From the NCBI GenBank assembly GCA_038888155.1, contig JAWAJB010000003.1:1-64000 (forward strand): a DNA stretch of 64,000 nucleotides, in the 5' to 3' direction. The notes beneath the pieces were generated by a model. The model saw only the letters and a program-made list of their open reading frames with translations. It was not told the DNA's origin and did no database searches. The DNA comes from Desulfurococcaceae archaeon. GTDB lineage: Archaea; Thermoproteota; Thermoprotei_A; Sulfolobales; Desulfurococcaceae. Shown piece after piece: positions 1 to 9,387 of this stretch (position 1 is its first letter; every line of letters begins with the position of its first letter). A program made the translations under genes and the position numbers.

Positions 1-13
1 GGCTACGCCTCCG

Positions 14-583
14 TTGAACCTGAGCGATGTGCGCTACGTAGCGGCATTCGACTCATCTTATAGAGGGGATATTCAGTACGCTGCCGTAGTTGTCTACGAC
101 CTCAAAAACGCCAGCGTTGTTGAAAAGTCCTTCTCTCTAGCGAAAGTAAGTGTTCCCTATATTCCGGGCTTGCTTGCCTTTCGTGAAGTTCCAGGCTACG
201 TGAGGGCTTACAGCAAGCTAAGAGTTACCCCCGATGTAATTATGGTGGACGGCCACGGCTTAGCTCACCCTAGGGCGTTCGGCATAGCAACGCACCTCGG
301 TCTAGCCTTAAGTAAGCCAAGCATAGGAGTTGCAAAAAACTACCTGTACGGCGAGATAGTAGAGGAAGGTAGCAGAAGGCTAATTAAAGCCCACGCGAGA
401 GTTGTAGGAGAAGTTATTGAGCATCGAAAATCCAAGCTGTACGTAAGCATAGGGTGTAAAATAAGGCTGGAAAGTGCCGCAGAGCTAACTAGGAGGACGC
501 TCGCCGAAGGGAAGAGGCTACCATTACCCCTGTCCTTAGCTGATGAGTACTCAAAAATAATAAAAAGAGAGCACACTAGATAA
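14..583 (+). CDS. nfi: Endonuclease V (true start may lie at or before the window edge)
   Basis: Motifs AFDSSY, PYIPGLLAFRE, VDGHGLAHPRAFGIATHLG, PSIGVAK. Confidence 0.93.
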   Translation: MNLSDVRYVAAFDSSYRGDIQYAAVVVYDLKNASVVEKSFSLAKVSVPYIPGLLAFREVPGYVRAYSKLRVTPDVIMVDGHGLAHPRAFGIATHLGLALSKPSIGVAKNYLYGEIVEEGSRRLIKAHARVVGEVIEHRKSKLYVSIGCKIRLESAAELTRRTLAEGKRLPLPLSLADEYSKIIKREHTR

Positions 584-591
584 ATGTCCCT

Positions 592-666
592 GGGCCCGTC
601 GCCTAGCCAGGATAGGGCGCCGGCCTGCGGAGCCGGAGGTCCCGGGTTCAAATCCCGGCGGGCCCG
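592..666 (+). tRNA. tRNA-Arg(GCG)
   Basis: Cloverleaf: GGGCCCG/CGGGCCC acceptor, CCGGC-CT-GCG-GA-GCCGG anticodon arm, GGTTCAAATCC T-arm. Confidence 0.96.
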
Positions 667-747
667 TGATCACTTTACCCCGCTTGAGTTTGAGGACTCT
701 GATTTTCGCCATGCCATCTTAGAATTGATGTTTCACGGTATTTTCGA

Positions 748-1143
748 CTAAGTCGCGATCTCCGCGGATGTTGTTGTTTTTACGTATTTACTAGCGATAT
801 CGGCAAGCTTCTTGTCATCTGTCGCTAGGACTAGGCTCTTCTTTATTGCGATTAATACGTATGACGCATCGTAGACTGTTATCCTCTCATCCAGAGCTAG
901 GTTCAACACTTCTCTCTCCAACCCCCTTACAGTGTATATGTCTAGGACGTTGAATACTCCCGATAAAACATCAACCAATTGATGAAGGGCCTCAGGCTTT
1001 ATCTTCTTGAAAAGATAACACTCCTTCCAGATAGCATTGAGCACTTCGTACACGGCTAGGTCTAAGGTGGCTCCCTTATGGAAAGCGCTGATCTTCCCTT
1101 TCTTAATGAGGTCGATTATTACGCTCGCATCGTAAAGGTACAA
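748..1143 (-). CDS. vapC: PIN-domain toxin (VapC family)
   Basis: YLYDASVII, YEVLNAIWK, ITVYDASYV, LATDDKKL acidic PIN motifs. Confidence 0.93.
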   Translation of the reverse strand: MYLYDASVIIDLIKKGKISAFHKGATLDLAVYEVLNAIWKECYLFKKIKPEALHQLVDVLSGVFNVLDIYTVRGLEREVLNLALDERITVYDASYVLIAIKKSLVLATDDKKLADIASKYVKTTTSAEIAT

Positions 1144-1145
1144 GA

Positions 1146-1373
1146 CTACCTGCCCTCTCTATCCTCTCTAATAAGCCTAACGATCTCTTCATCCGATATG
1201 TTTGACAACTCCTGGGAGAGTCCTCTAGACACTCTCTCTAATTCCTCGAGCACACGCTTTTTGACTTCCTCTTCAAGAGCTCTCCTAATCACCGAGCCAG
1301 GCTTGATACCGTACTTATCTAGGAGGTCTTTCAGCCTCCTAGGTATCTTAGCTGATACCGTGACATAGCTCAT
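1146..1373 (-). CDS. vapB: Antitoxin (RHH/CcdA-like, VapB-type)
   Basis: Small ORF directly upstream of the PIN gene; VTVSAKIP..LK..GI....VIRRALEEEV and IVRLIREDR. Confidence 0.85.
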   Translation of the reverse strand: MSYVTVSAKIPRRLKDLLDKYGIKPGSVIRRALEEEVKKRVLEELERVSRGLSQELSNISDEEIVRLIREDREGR

Positions 1374-1728
1374 TCCGATTCCCACGTTGAGATATTATAG
1401 GTAAACCAATATAAAGTTTACCTTAAATGTATCCACCATAGCGACGCAGGAACAAAACAGTGCGTCATAGAGACTCCCATAATCCTCTTTGGAAACATAT
1501 ACTCGGACAATGCCAACGTAGCTTGGAAGTATGTTAAAACGCGGATCGAAAGGGGTTAATAACATTGATGTCCTCAATATTGCTACGTGTGCTATCAGTA
1601 GCCCACATGATGATGGGGTTGGAGGCAGTCAACGAATTGACAAGCGCGAGTATACACCGATAATGATATGCGCGATAACCTAGTGTGCTATTAAAGACGC
1701 GAGGCAACATTGATAGATACTCACTAAA

Positions 1729-2050
1729 ATGCCTGTTCAATCGCCTACGCCGAGTGAAACTCCAACCCTAACTCCTACCCTGTCACGAGCATTGTAACCA
1801 ACACTAGAGTCTTCTCCAATATTAACATATATCATCACCAATCGATGTCCCCACACCAATGAGCACCGCATCCAGCCCGGTGCCTGCCCACATGGGCGTC
1901 TTTTTACCAATGATAACTTCTACACCAGTAATTCCAACAACTCCTACATATACACCTGCCTTCACCATGGGACAGACAATGGTAACTATGATAGCGGTTG
2001 TATTAGTGGGTCTAATACCAGGTGCTGTTCTTAAGTGGATGAAGAGGTAA
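1729..2050 (+). pseudogene. Decayed C-terminus of a membrane-anchored surface protein
   Basis: Pro/Thr/Ser-rich linker (PVQSPTPSETPTLTP..., TSTPVIPTTPTYTP) broken by stops, then a hydrophobic helix and basic tail KWMKR. Confidence 0.5.
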
Positions 2051-2249
2051 CCCGGATATTTTCCTTCATGTAAAATACGGGGTTTTACAAAATCCTCTCC
2101 GAGCAAAACTAATGTTGAGATAAATCGTGTACCCGCAGAACCATAATAACAACGAGCAGAAGGGTTATGTTTCACGTGTACAAGCGAATACCGCACTCGA
2201 TGTTAAAACCTAGCTAGATAAATGTGTAAGAGCTACATGATCAATCGCC

Positions 2250-2284
2250 GAGCCGGAGGTCCCGGGTCCAAATCCATGCGGGTC
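2250..2284 (+). repeat. Degenerate copy of the tRNA-Arg 3' half (att-like)
   Basis: GAGCCGGAGGTCCCGGGTCCAAATCCATGCGGGTC versus tRNA GAGCCGGAGGTCCCGGGTTCAAATCCCGGCGGGCC. Confidence 0.8.
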
Positions 2285-2347
2285 AGCAGAGATTTAGTAA
2301 ACAATTGAAGATCAACCTTGAAGCTTTACATGTAGAGCTCGGACTAC

Positions 2348-3189
2348 ATGTATAACTATACAGGTAAATTATCCAAGACAATCCTGCTAACAGAGATGCC
2401 CGAGCTTGAGCAATTGTTTAAGCCGGTAAAGGGTTTCTTTAAGCAACTCAGGGGAGCCCGCCCATGAATAATGGTAGAGCGGTTGTGCCAGTCTACGTGG
2501 TCAGAGCTACCAACGGTGGATTTACCTACGACTTGGTACCGGCCATGCTTAAGGGATATTACACAGTTGAAGTAGGAGCACCGAGCAATGTCGCCGATGC
2601 CTTGTACTGCAGGTTTAAGCAAATAGTAGGAGTAAGGACGAGGCTAAAGTTCGAGAACACTGTAGTCATGTATGTAGTCGAGAGCGTTGTTGTCGAGGAG
2701 CCGAGGATACAGCTGAGAGATGCTTCATACGTGGTCATTAAGACAGTCAGCCCAGCGATACTACCTAACCCTCTGGTTCCCAACCAACAGGTTAAAAGGT
2801 TCACAGCCAGCCCAGGCGTGATGCTCTGGGTTCCGCGGATGATATCCTACGGCGTGCTCACCGGCACGGGCAATGATACCCCGAGAAGCTACCTAGAGCA
2901 GGAAGAGTGTCTAGCCGAGCATTACTCCACGAGGCTCAAGGCAGTATTCGTGAACTACGATAACAATCGAGAGTCAGCTCTCACGGCTAAAGCCAAATAC
3001 ATACTAGTAGCTAGAGGCTATGAAACCCGAGCACGGCGCATAGAGCTACTAGAAAAAACACTAACAGCGGCTAAAACATACGGAATAGGGGCAAGCAGAG
3101 CCAACGGATTCGGAACAATAACAGCAGAAAAACAAAACCATCCAATTAAAACAAAGGTGAGACGCTTGCTGGCGAACAATCGTGGATAG
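2348..3189 (+). pseudogene. cas6: Orphan CRISPR endoribonuclease Cas6, apparently frameshifted near 2452
   Basis: C-terminal G-rich loop YGIGASRANGFG; the upstream frame YTGKLSKTILL...FKPVKGFFKQLR joins SPPMNNGRAVVP only if one base is added. Confidence 0.75.
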
Positions 3190-3408
3190 CGAATGCCTCA
3201 CCCTAACGTTTATTAACTCTAAGAGAAAATACAAAACCAACAGAAACCACAACCCAAAAACCGGGTCGAAATAACAAAGAACTAAAAGTTTACTGTTAAT
3301 AACAGCCACAAGGTCAAGTCCCAGTGCGCTACGGCGAGCTAGTTTAAACAACGAATCAGAGCTATTTCCTCAGATTATAAATCGCTTGAGCGCATACTTT
3401 TAACAGAG

Positions 3409-4743
3409 GTGCTCTATACGAGGAGCATCTACTGGTTTAAGCGCGACCTCAGAGTACATGACAACAGGGCCCTAGCAAAGACCTACGAGGCGAGCGATGA
3501 GCTAGCAGGAGTCTACGTACTCGATAAAAAGCTCGTCGGGGACTTATCCTCCAATAGCCTTTACCTATCCTTTCTAATCAACGCGCTGGGCTCCCTCAAG
3601 GGGGAAGTCAACGTGTCCTTGTTCCGGGGCGACGTAGGGGAAGTATTCGACGATATACTAAGCAGGTACAAGGTAGGCGCAATTTACACCGCTGTCCCCC
3701 TCTCTTGGACAGAGAAGTCAATGGCTGATAGCGTCAGAGCTGTGTGCAGTAGACATGGAGTTAAATACTGCGAAATCTTAGATAACGTGCTGTCCACAGC
3801 GTTTTACATGCATCCATTAACTAATTTCACCGCTTACTACATGTCGTGGCTAAAGAGCGTAGATGCATCCATGATCCCGGCTGTCCCCCGCAAGAAGTTC
3901 CTCGGCATAGGTGGATTGGAGCTAAGCGAAGTCGCCTCGAGGCTAGGCGCGAAGCCGTTGGACTTAGAGCACACTAGAGTAGAGTGGGGCCGCACGAGGC
4001 TAAGCTCATTTAAGTTCGATAAGTACGGCGAGCTGAGAGACTACCCCTACATTGATGGAGTGTCTCGGCTATCCCATTTCATAAATCAAGGCGTGCTGTC
4101 AGTTCGCGAAGTGTACAGTAAGGCAGCGCGTTGCTCCCAAGAGTACACTAGGCAACTAGCTTGGAGAGAGTACTACTTAGCTCTATGGCGCAACTACCCT
4201 TGGATTAACGAGCTAGAGTTAAAGGAGTACATGAGGGGGTTTGAGTGGGAAGACAACAAGTACTACATCGAGTGCTTTAAAGAGGGCAAGACAGGCTACC
4301 CAATAATAGACGCTGGGATAAGGCAGCTAATGAGAGAGGGGTGGATTCACAACAGAGTCAGGTTAATAGCGGCCAACTTCCTCGTAAAAGACCTTCACGT
4401 CAACTGGAGAGCAGGAGCTGCCTTTTTCAAGGAAAGGCTCCTAGACTACGATGAGGTATTAAACGCGGGCAACTGGCAGTGGGCAGCTTCAGCTGGCGTA
4501 GACCCGCTACCCATCAGGTTGTTCAATCCAATAAAGCAGGCCAAGAAGTACGATCCAATGTGCCTTTACATCAAGAAGTACATCCCAGAGCTAGAGGGCG
4601 TTGACTGTAGGGCCCTCCAAGACCCGCTGTCTTACAGGGTAGAGGGCTACTATGAGCCCATAGTTGACCACCATGAAGCCGCGAAGAAGTTCTCTGAGTA
4701 CGTAAAGAAGAGGATAGCCGAGTTGAGGGCTAAAAAACTCTAG
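3409..4743 (+). CDS. phr: DNA photolyase (cryptochrome/photolyase family)
   Basis: WFKRDLRVHDNRAL, SRLSHF, QLAWREYY, GKTGYPIIDAGIRQL..EGWIHNRVR, LLDYDEVLNAGNWQW. Confidence 0.96.
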   Translation: MLYTRSIYWFKRDLRVHDNRALAKTYEASDELAGVYVLDKKLVGDLSSNSLYLSFLINALGSLKGEVNVSLFRGDVGEVFDDILSRYKVGAIYTAVPLSWTEKSMADSVRAVCSRHGVKYCEILDNVLSTAFYMHPLTNFTAYYMSWLKSVDASMIPAVPRKKFLGIGGLELSEVASRLGAKPLDLEHTRVEWGRTRLSSFKFDKYGELRDYPYIDGVSRLSHFINQGVLSVREVYSKAARCSQEYTRQLAWREYYLALWRNYPWINELELKEYMRGFEWEDNKYYIECFKEGKTGYPIIDAGIRQLMREGWIHNRVRLIAANFLVKDLHVNWRAGAAFFKERLLDYDEVLNAGNWQWAASAGVDPLPIRLFNPIKQAKKYDPMCLYIKKYIPELEGVDCRALQDPLSYRVEGYYEPIVDHHEAAKKFSEYVKKRIAELRAKKL

Positions 4744-4757
4744 CGGGTAGCTGCAGA

Positions 4758-5687
4758 TCATTCTAGCTCCTCTGGGTAAGGCTGCAGAAACCTCTGTTCG
4801 GCTAGGTATGCATTCCCAAATCGATGTATGAAACCCTTAAAGTAAACTAGGAGGGCCCTCACCTCTGATCTCCCCGTTTTCAAGTCCTCTAGTAGTTTTA
4901 GAACGTATCTTCTCTCCTCTTCTACCAGCTTCTCCCTCAAGCGGCCGTATATGTGCAGGAAGACGCTTAGATACGAGTTGTTGCTTGGCCTTCGACACAG
5001 CGCTTTCAAGGCCTTTGCCCTATACTCCCCCTTAAGCTCTTCTATATCTGCTTCAGACCTCCGAGCTACCATTCTCCCGAGCTCTTTCAGCACGCCGGGG
5101 TGGTAGAGCATCAATAGGTATTTTAAACTTCGGTGGAGCTCAACGAGGTCGTCAGGCCTAGCGGATTTTTCAAGTCCCTCCCTAATGTAGGCTATTGTGA
5201 ATATCTTCGTGTAGAAGTCTCTCCTAACCTCCGAGTTCACTAGCCTCTTCTCTGACTCTATTGAGAGGTACTTGAAGTGCTCCCTCAATGCAGCTGTGAA
5301 TAGCCCGTCGCGCTTTCCGAGTACCCTCCTGCTTTGATCATACAGCTTAGCATCTCTAACGCCGCACGATGGGCTTGAGGATTTCAGCAAAATTCCATCT
5401 ACCTCTGGTATGCTCTTGATGAAGTTCTCTGAGAACGAGCTCAGTTGATCTGTGTAATCAGCGCCCTTAACAGTGTCCACAAGCCTAACGCCCTCTGGTC
5501 TCTTGATTAGCGCAAGCGGATTGCGCGGAGTTCCCAAGCCGATCCCCATCTCTGGACAGACTATGAATAATTCAACGTGCTTCTTGAGCTTCTCCACGTT
5601 TTGATCAAAAATCACGTTTCCATCGTACCTAACAGGGGCTACGCCTAGGCAAGTGCTCAACAAGAGCCGAGGTTTCGCGTATTTCAA
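4758..5687 (-). CDS. DUF523-DUF1722 fusion (YbgA / thiouridine desulfidase RudS-like)
   Basis: STCLG.PVRYDG, CPEMGIGLGTPR, LKSSSPSCG (three Fe-S Cys); C-domain HRSLKYLLM, HIYG, YLAEQRFLQPYP. Confidence 0.88.
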   Translation of the reverse strand: MKYAKPRLLLSTCLGVAPVRYDGNVIFDQNVEKLKKHVELFIVCPEMGIGLGTPRNPLALIKRPEGVRLVDTVKGADYTDQLSSFSENFIKSIPEVDGILLKSSSPSCGVRDAKLYDQSRRVLGKRDGLFTAALREHFKYLSIESEKRLVNSEVRRDFYTKIFTIAYIREGLEKSARPDDLVELHRSLKYLLMLYHPGVLKELGRMVARRSEADIEELKGEYRAKALKALCRRPSNNSYLSVFLHIYGRLREKLVEEERRYVLKLLEDLKTGRSEVRALLVYFKGFIHRFGNAYLAEQRFLQPYPEELE

Positions 5688-5774
5688 TCTCTAACCCAAG
5701 TGCTTTATTAGGAGCAGAGAGAGTATTAACTCGGTAAAAAGCTTATTTAGCGGGCACTTGAGGACTTGCGTGCT

Positions 5775-6731
5775 ATGAGGGTTGGACTGGGGTTCTTCTG
5801 CTCTACGAGCGATAGTAGGCTGTCAACTAACCACAAGCTTAAGCTCGCTAGGTTGAACGAAGAAAAGCTCCTTCAAGTATTTAACATGAATCTACACGAC
5901 TTCATTAAGCTCCTAGAGCTATCGAAGATCATGGGGCTGGCGATATTCAGGCTAGGTTCGAACTTCGTTCCCTTTGCATCTCACCCCAACTTCAAGAAAG
6001 AGTGGCTCAATTCCATAGGTGCCGCTTTGAGGGAAAAATTCCTCCTCATAAAAAGCTTTGGTATACGGATAACAATGCACCCCGGTCAGTACGTAATACT
6101 TAACAGCGACAAGTCCAGCGTTGTTGAAAAATCGCTCAGAGAGCTCGAATACCACTTCTGGTTACTGGACACTATTGGATTAGGCCCCGAGAGCATTGTA
6201 GTAATCCACGTTGGGGGAGTTTACAGAGATAGAGAGAAAGCAACTAGGAATTTTCACAGAGTTATCGAGGAAAACAAGTGGCTTACTAGGAGAATAGCCA
6301 TCGAGAACGACGAGAGATACTACACAGTAAGGGAAGCAATTGAAATAGCAGAGCCCTTCGACATACCAGTAGTGTATGATCACTTTCACCACAGGCTTAA
6401 CCCATCTAAATTCAGCGTGGACAGATTGATATCAACGTGACGAGGCACTCCGCTAGAGATCCACGTATCCTCCGAGAACGAGAGGACAGGCAGATTCGGC
6501 GAGCACGGAGACTACGTGAGAGCTGATGATTTTGTAGATGCCCTTTGAACGTTTCCAGATAATATCGCCATTGACGTTATTTTAGAGGCAAAGAAAAAAG
6601 AGCGGGCAATAGTCAAGTTAATTGAAGAGCTACGCGCTAAACACCCGCGCGCTCTAGGCATGATCAAACCAGTGCTAGTTCTCGGGGAGTCAGACTTGGA
6701 GAGAATAGTGGAGAAGCAGTCCAATGAATAG
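5775..6731 (+). pseudogene. uvsE: UV damage endonuclease UvsE with two in-frame TGA stops (6438-6440, 6546-6548)
   Basis: FRLGS..PFASHP, RITMHPGQY, IENDE, VYDHFHH; the same frame continues past the stops with IHVSS, GEHGDYV and DVILEAK.KE to TAG 6731. Confidence 0.85.
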
Positions 6732-6878
6732 GTTTTGCTGGACGCGCTACCCGCGGTGTCGAGGCAGAGCCACGTAGAGGGAAATATCTCCTCGAAATCC
6801 GCGCCCTACTCGCTACGAGCTATCAACTAGCGCGAACGCGCACAAGAAATGAAAGGGGCGCGCGAAGTCCTAAACCCC

Positions 6879-7163
6879 CTAAGACCGAATAAGGCACTTA
6901 GTTACGCCCTTTATCCAAACCCAATTCAGCGCTAAGTGCACTACTGTTAGCACTAGGAACAGGAGACCCATCACTACGTGAATGTACTCCCAAGAGCTTC
7001 TGCTGAGGCCTAAGAATGCGCCACCAGCTGAAAACCCGCCGCGCCCCTGTCCCCGCGGCAGGGCTAGCCAAAGCGCAAACCCAGAGAAGTAAGTTAACGC
7101 GCCTGTAATTAGTAACAGGATGAAGTTCGCGTAGCACTCCCTCACTTTAGACGACAAGCTCAT
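6879..7163 (-). CDS. Small membrane protein (DUF4405-like)
   Basis: Two hydrophobic helices; FLGLSRSSWEYIH and VHLALNWVWI. Confidence 0.7.
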   Translation of the reverse strand: MSLSSKVRECYANFILLLITGALTYFSGFALWLALPRGQGRGGFSAGGAFLGLSRSSWEYIHVVMGLLFLVLTVVHLALNWVWIKGVTKCLIRS

Positions 7164-7496
7164 GTATTAGAATCACCTGCTAAAATCTATCTGTAGTACA
7201 ATTTATTAAGCGCCCAGCACCTCTGCCCTAAAGGTGCGAGGAGGCCTATTAATTCCCCTACTCGCATTTTCTTTACTGGTGATTAATCTGCTCATGCTAT
7301 CAGCCTCTAAATTCTCAAGCAACTGGCTTCATAAAAACTCCACTTTCGAGCCCCTTAGAGGGATGAGGACAATGTCCTCGAGACGTGGCGCGAGGTTAAG
7401 CTCCCGCGAGGAGGGGGAGTAGCCTAAAACTTCTTTAGAGCCCCCTAGGGGCGAGCGGGAGATCGGCTCCATGCCTCAACTAGCAGGTGCCTTTTT

Positions 7497-9302
7497 ATGG
7501 TTAGGGTAGCCGTAGTAGATAAGGACTACTGCAAGCCAAAGAAGTGTAGCGTTGAATGCATTAGGTTTTGCCCAATTAACAGGAGCAAGAAGAAAAAAGC
7601 AGTTGATCTCGCCGAAGATAGGGCGAGGGCAGTGATATACGAGGACATTTGCGTTGGGTGCGGCATATGCGTCAAGAAGTGCCCATACAGCGCAATCTCA
7701 ATAGTTAACCTCCCTGACGAGTTCGAGAAGTTCCTTATACACAGGTACGGGGAGAACATGTTCAAGCTATACTCGTTGCCGCCACCAAGGGCAGGGAGCG
7801 TGCTTGGCATTATAGGGCAGAACGGAGCTGGGAAAACGACGAGCATAAAGATCCTCTCAGGGGAGTTGAAGCCCAACCTAGGTAGATTTGCTGACCCGCC
7901 CGATTGGGACGAAATCATTAGGGCTTTCCGGGGAACTGAAATTCAGGCCTACTTGACTAAGCTAGCGAATGGGGATATAAAGGCAACTGTTAAGCCCCAG
8001 TACGTAGAGGGAGCTAGGAGAGTATTGAGGGGAACAGTGCGCGAGCTACTTTTAAAAGCAGATGAAACTGGACTCGCGAGGGACGTTACAGCCGCTCTAG
8101 CACTGGAGAACATACTAGATAAGAAGATATCAGAGCTCAGCGGCGGAGAGCTCCAGAAGTTCCTCATATCAGCGGTTTTGTTGAAAAACGCCAATGCATT
8201 TTTCTTCGACGAGCCATGTAGCTACCTTGACATAAAGGAGAGGCTGAGAGCTGCGCAGGCCATTCAGGAGTTCACGAGACCGAGCAAGAACTTCGTTGTC
8301 GTAGTTGAACACGACCTAATGATCTTGGACTACGTAACTGATTACGTAACAGCTATTTACGGCGAGCCGGGAGTATTCGGGATATCGTCCAAGCCCTATG
8401 GGACAAGGCTAGGCATAAACAACTACCTAAAGGGGTACCTGCCCTCTGAGAACATGCGAATTAGGGACGGAGAGATAAAGTTCAAGCTCACAGTGAAGGA
8501 GGTAGAGGAGAACAAGGGGAGCCCCATTTTATCTTGGGAGCACGTGATCTTTCAGTACCCCACTACTGGCTTTAAACTAGAGGTCGTGAAGGGGATAGTG
8601 CATACGGGAGAGGTCGTAGGCATATGCGGACCCAATGGAATTGGCAAGACCACCTTCATAAAGCTAGTGAACGGAGAGCTGACGCCCCACAGCGGGCGCG
8701 TTACCATATCAGCCCGCACAGTCAGCGTAAAGCCCCAAGAGGTTTCCCCTAAAGTGTTCACTGAAGATACAGTGTCGGCTAACTTAAAGGCATCGTCGCC
8801 AATAGCCTTAGACCCATCTTCGTGGCTCTACATAGAGCTCGTTAAGAGGTTAAAGCTTAACAAGCTACTGGACAGGCGGGTTGAGGAGCTAAGCGGCGGA
8901 GAGCTCCAAAAGCTAGCAGTTGCTGTAACGTTGGCTAGAGAGGCAGACGTGTACTTCCTTGATGAGCCATCTGCCTACTTAGACGTAGAGGAGAGGATTA
9001 GCGTCGCTAGGGCTATAAGGAAGATAATTGAGGAGAAAAATAAAGCAGCAATAGTTGTGGAGCACGACCTAGTTGTTCAGAGCTACGTCAGCGACAAGGT
9101 AATGGTTTTCTGGGGCAAGCCTGCAGTAGAGGGATATTCAACAGAGCCTTTGAGCATTAGGGACGGGCTAAACTTGTTGTTGAAGTACCTCGATATAACT
9201 GTGCGAAAGGACCCAGATACTGGGAGGCCCCGCATTAACAAGCTGGGATCAGTCCTAGACAGAGAGCAGAAGCAAGCAGGCGTATACCTCTCGATTGAGT
9301 AG
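7497..9302 (+). CDS. rli1: Ribosome recycling ATPase ABCE1/Rli1
   Basis: N-terminal Fe-S Cys motifs plus two ABC domains (GQNGAGKT, GPNGIGKT, LSGGELQ). Confidence 0.97.
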   Translation: MVRVAVVDKDYCKPKKCSVECIRFCPINRSKKKKAVDLAEDRARAVIYEDICVGCGICVKKCPYSAISIVNLPDEFEKFLIHRYGENMFKLYSLPPPRAGSVLGIIGQNGAGKTTSIKILSGELKPNLGRFADPPDWDEIIRAFRGTEIQAYLTKLANGDIKATVKPQYVEGARRVLRGTVRELLLKADETGLARDVTAALALENILDKKISELSGGELQKFLISAVLLKNANAFFFDEPCSYLDIKERLRAAQAIQEFTRPSKNFVVVVEHDLMILDYVTDYVTAIYGEPGVFGISSKPYGTRLGINNYLKGYLPSENMRIRDGEIKFKLTVKEVEENKGSPILSWEHVIFQYPTTGFKLEVVKGIVHTGEVVGICGPNGIGKTTFIKLVNGELTPHSGRVTISARTVSVKPQEVSPKVFTEDTVSANLKASSPIALDPSSWLYIELVKRLKLNKLLDRRVEELSGGELQKLAVAVTLAREADVYFLDEPSAYLDVEERISVARAIRKIIEEKNKAAIVVEHDLVVQSYVSDKVMVFWGKPAVEGYSTEPLSIRDGLNLLLKYLDITVRKDPDTGRPRINKLGSVLDREQKQAGVYLSIE

Positions 9303-9387
9303 CCCCGCGCTCTCTCTACTTGCTTCTACTTAGGCGCTTACAGTGAAACTTATAATTACGCCGGCAAATTATTAAAGGGGTATCTTT

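Larger units (their letters stand above)
630..2284. mobile_element. Remnant of a tRNA-Arg-integrated element bounded by a degenerate direct repeat
   Basis: 630-664 and 2250-2284 match at 31/35 nt; the interval holds a TA pair and decayed ORFs, but no integrase. Confidence 0.55.

Noticed and set aside
340-651. 103-aa minus-strand ORF
   Set aside because: Antisense shadow of nfi and tRNA-Arg.
1380-1392. 13-nt match TCCCACGTTGAGA also present near 13075
   Set aside because: A single short match with no shared context; compatible with chance.
1607-1680. C/D sRNA starting ATGATGA
   Set aside because: No properly placed CTGA boxes; lies in decayed coding sequence.
3190-3400. CRISPR array next to cas6
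   Set aside because: A-rich, but no recurring 24-37-nt repeat here or anywhere else I could see in the window.
5775-6731. Genome-wide TGA recoding (Trp or Sec)
   Set aside because: TGA terminates conserved genes such as tpiA, rps5 and rpl6 at their expected ends, and Trp is encoded by TGG throughout.
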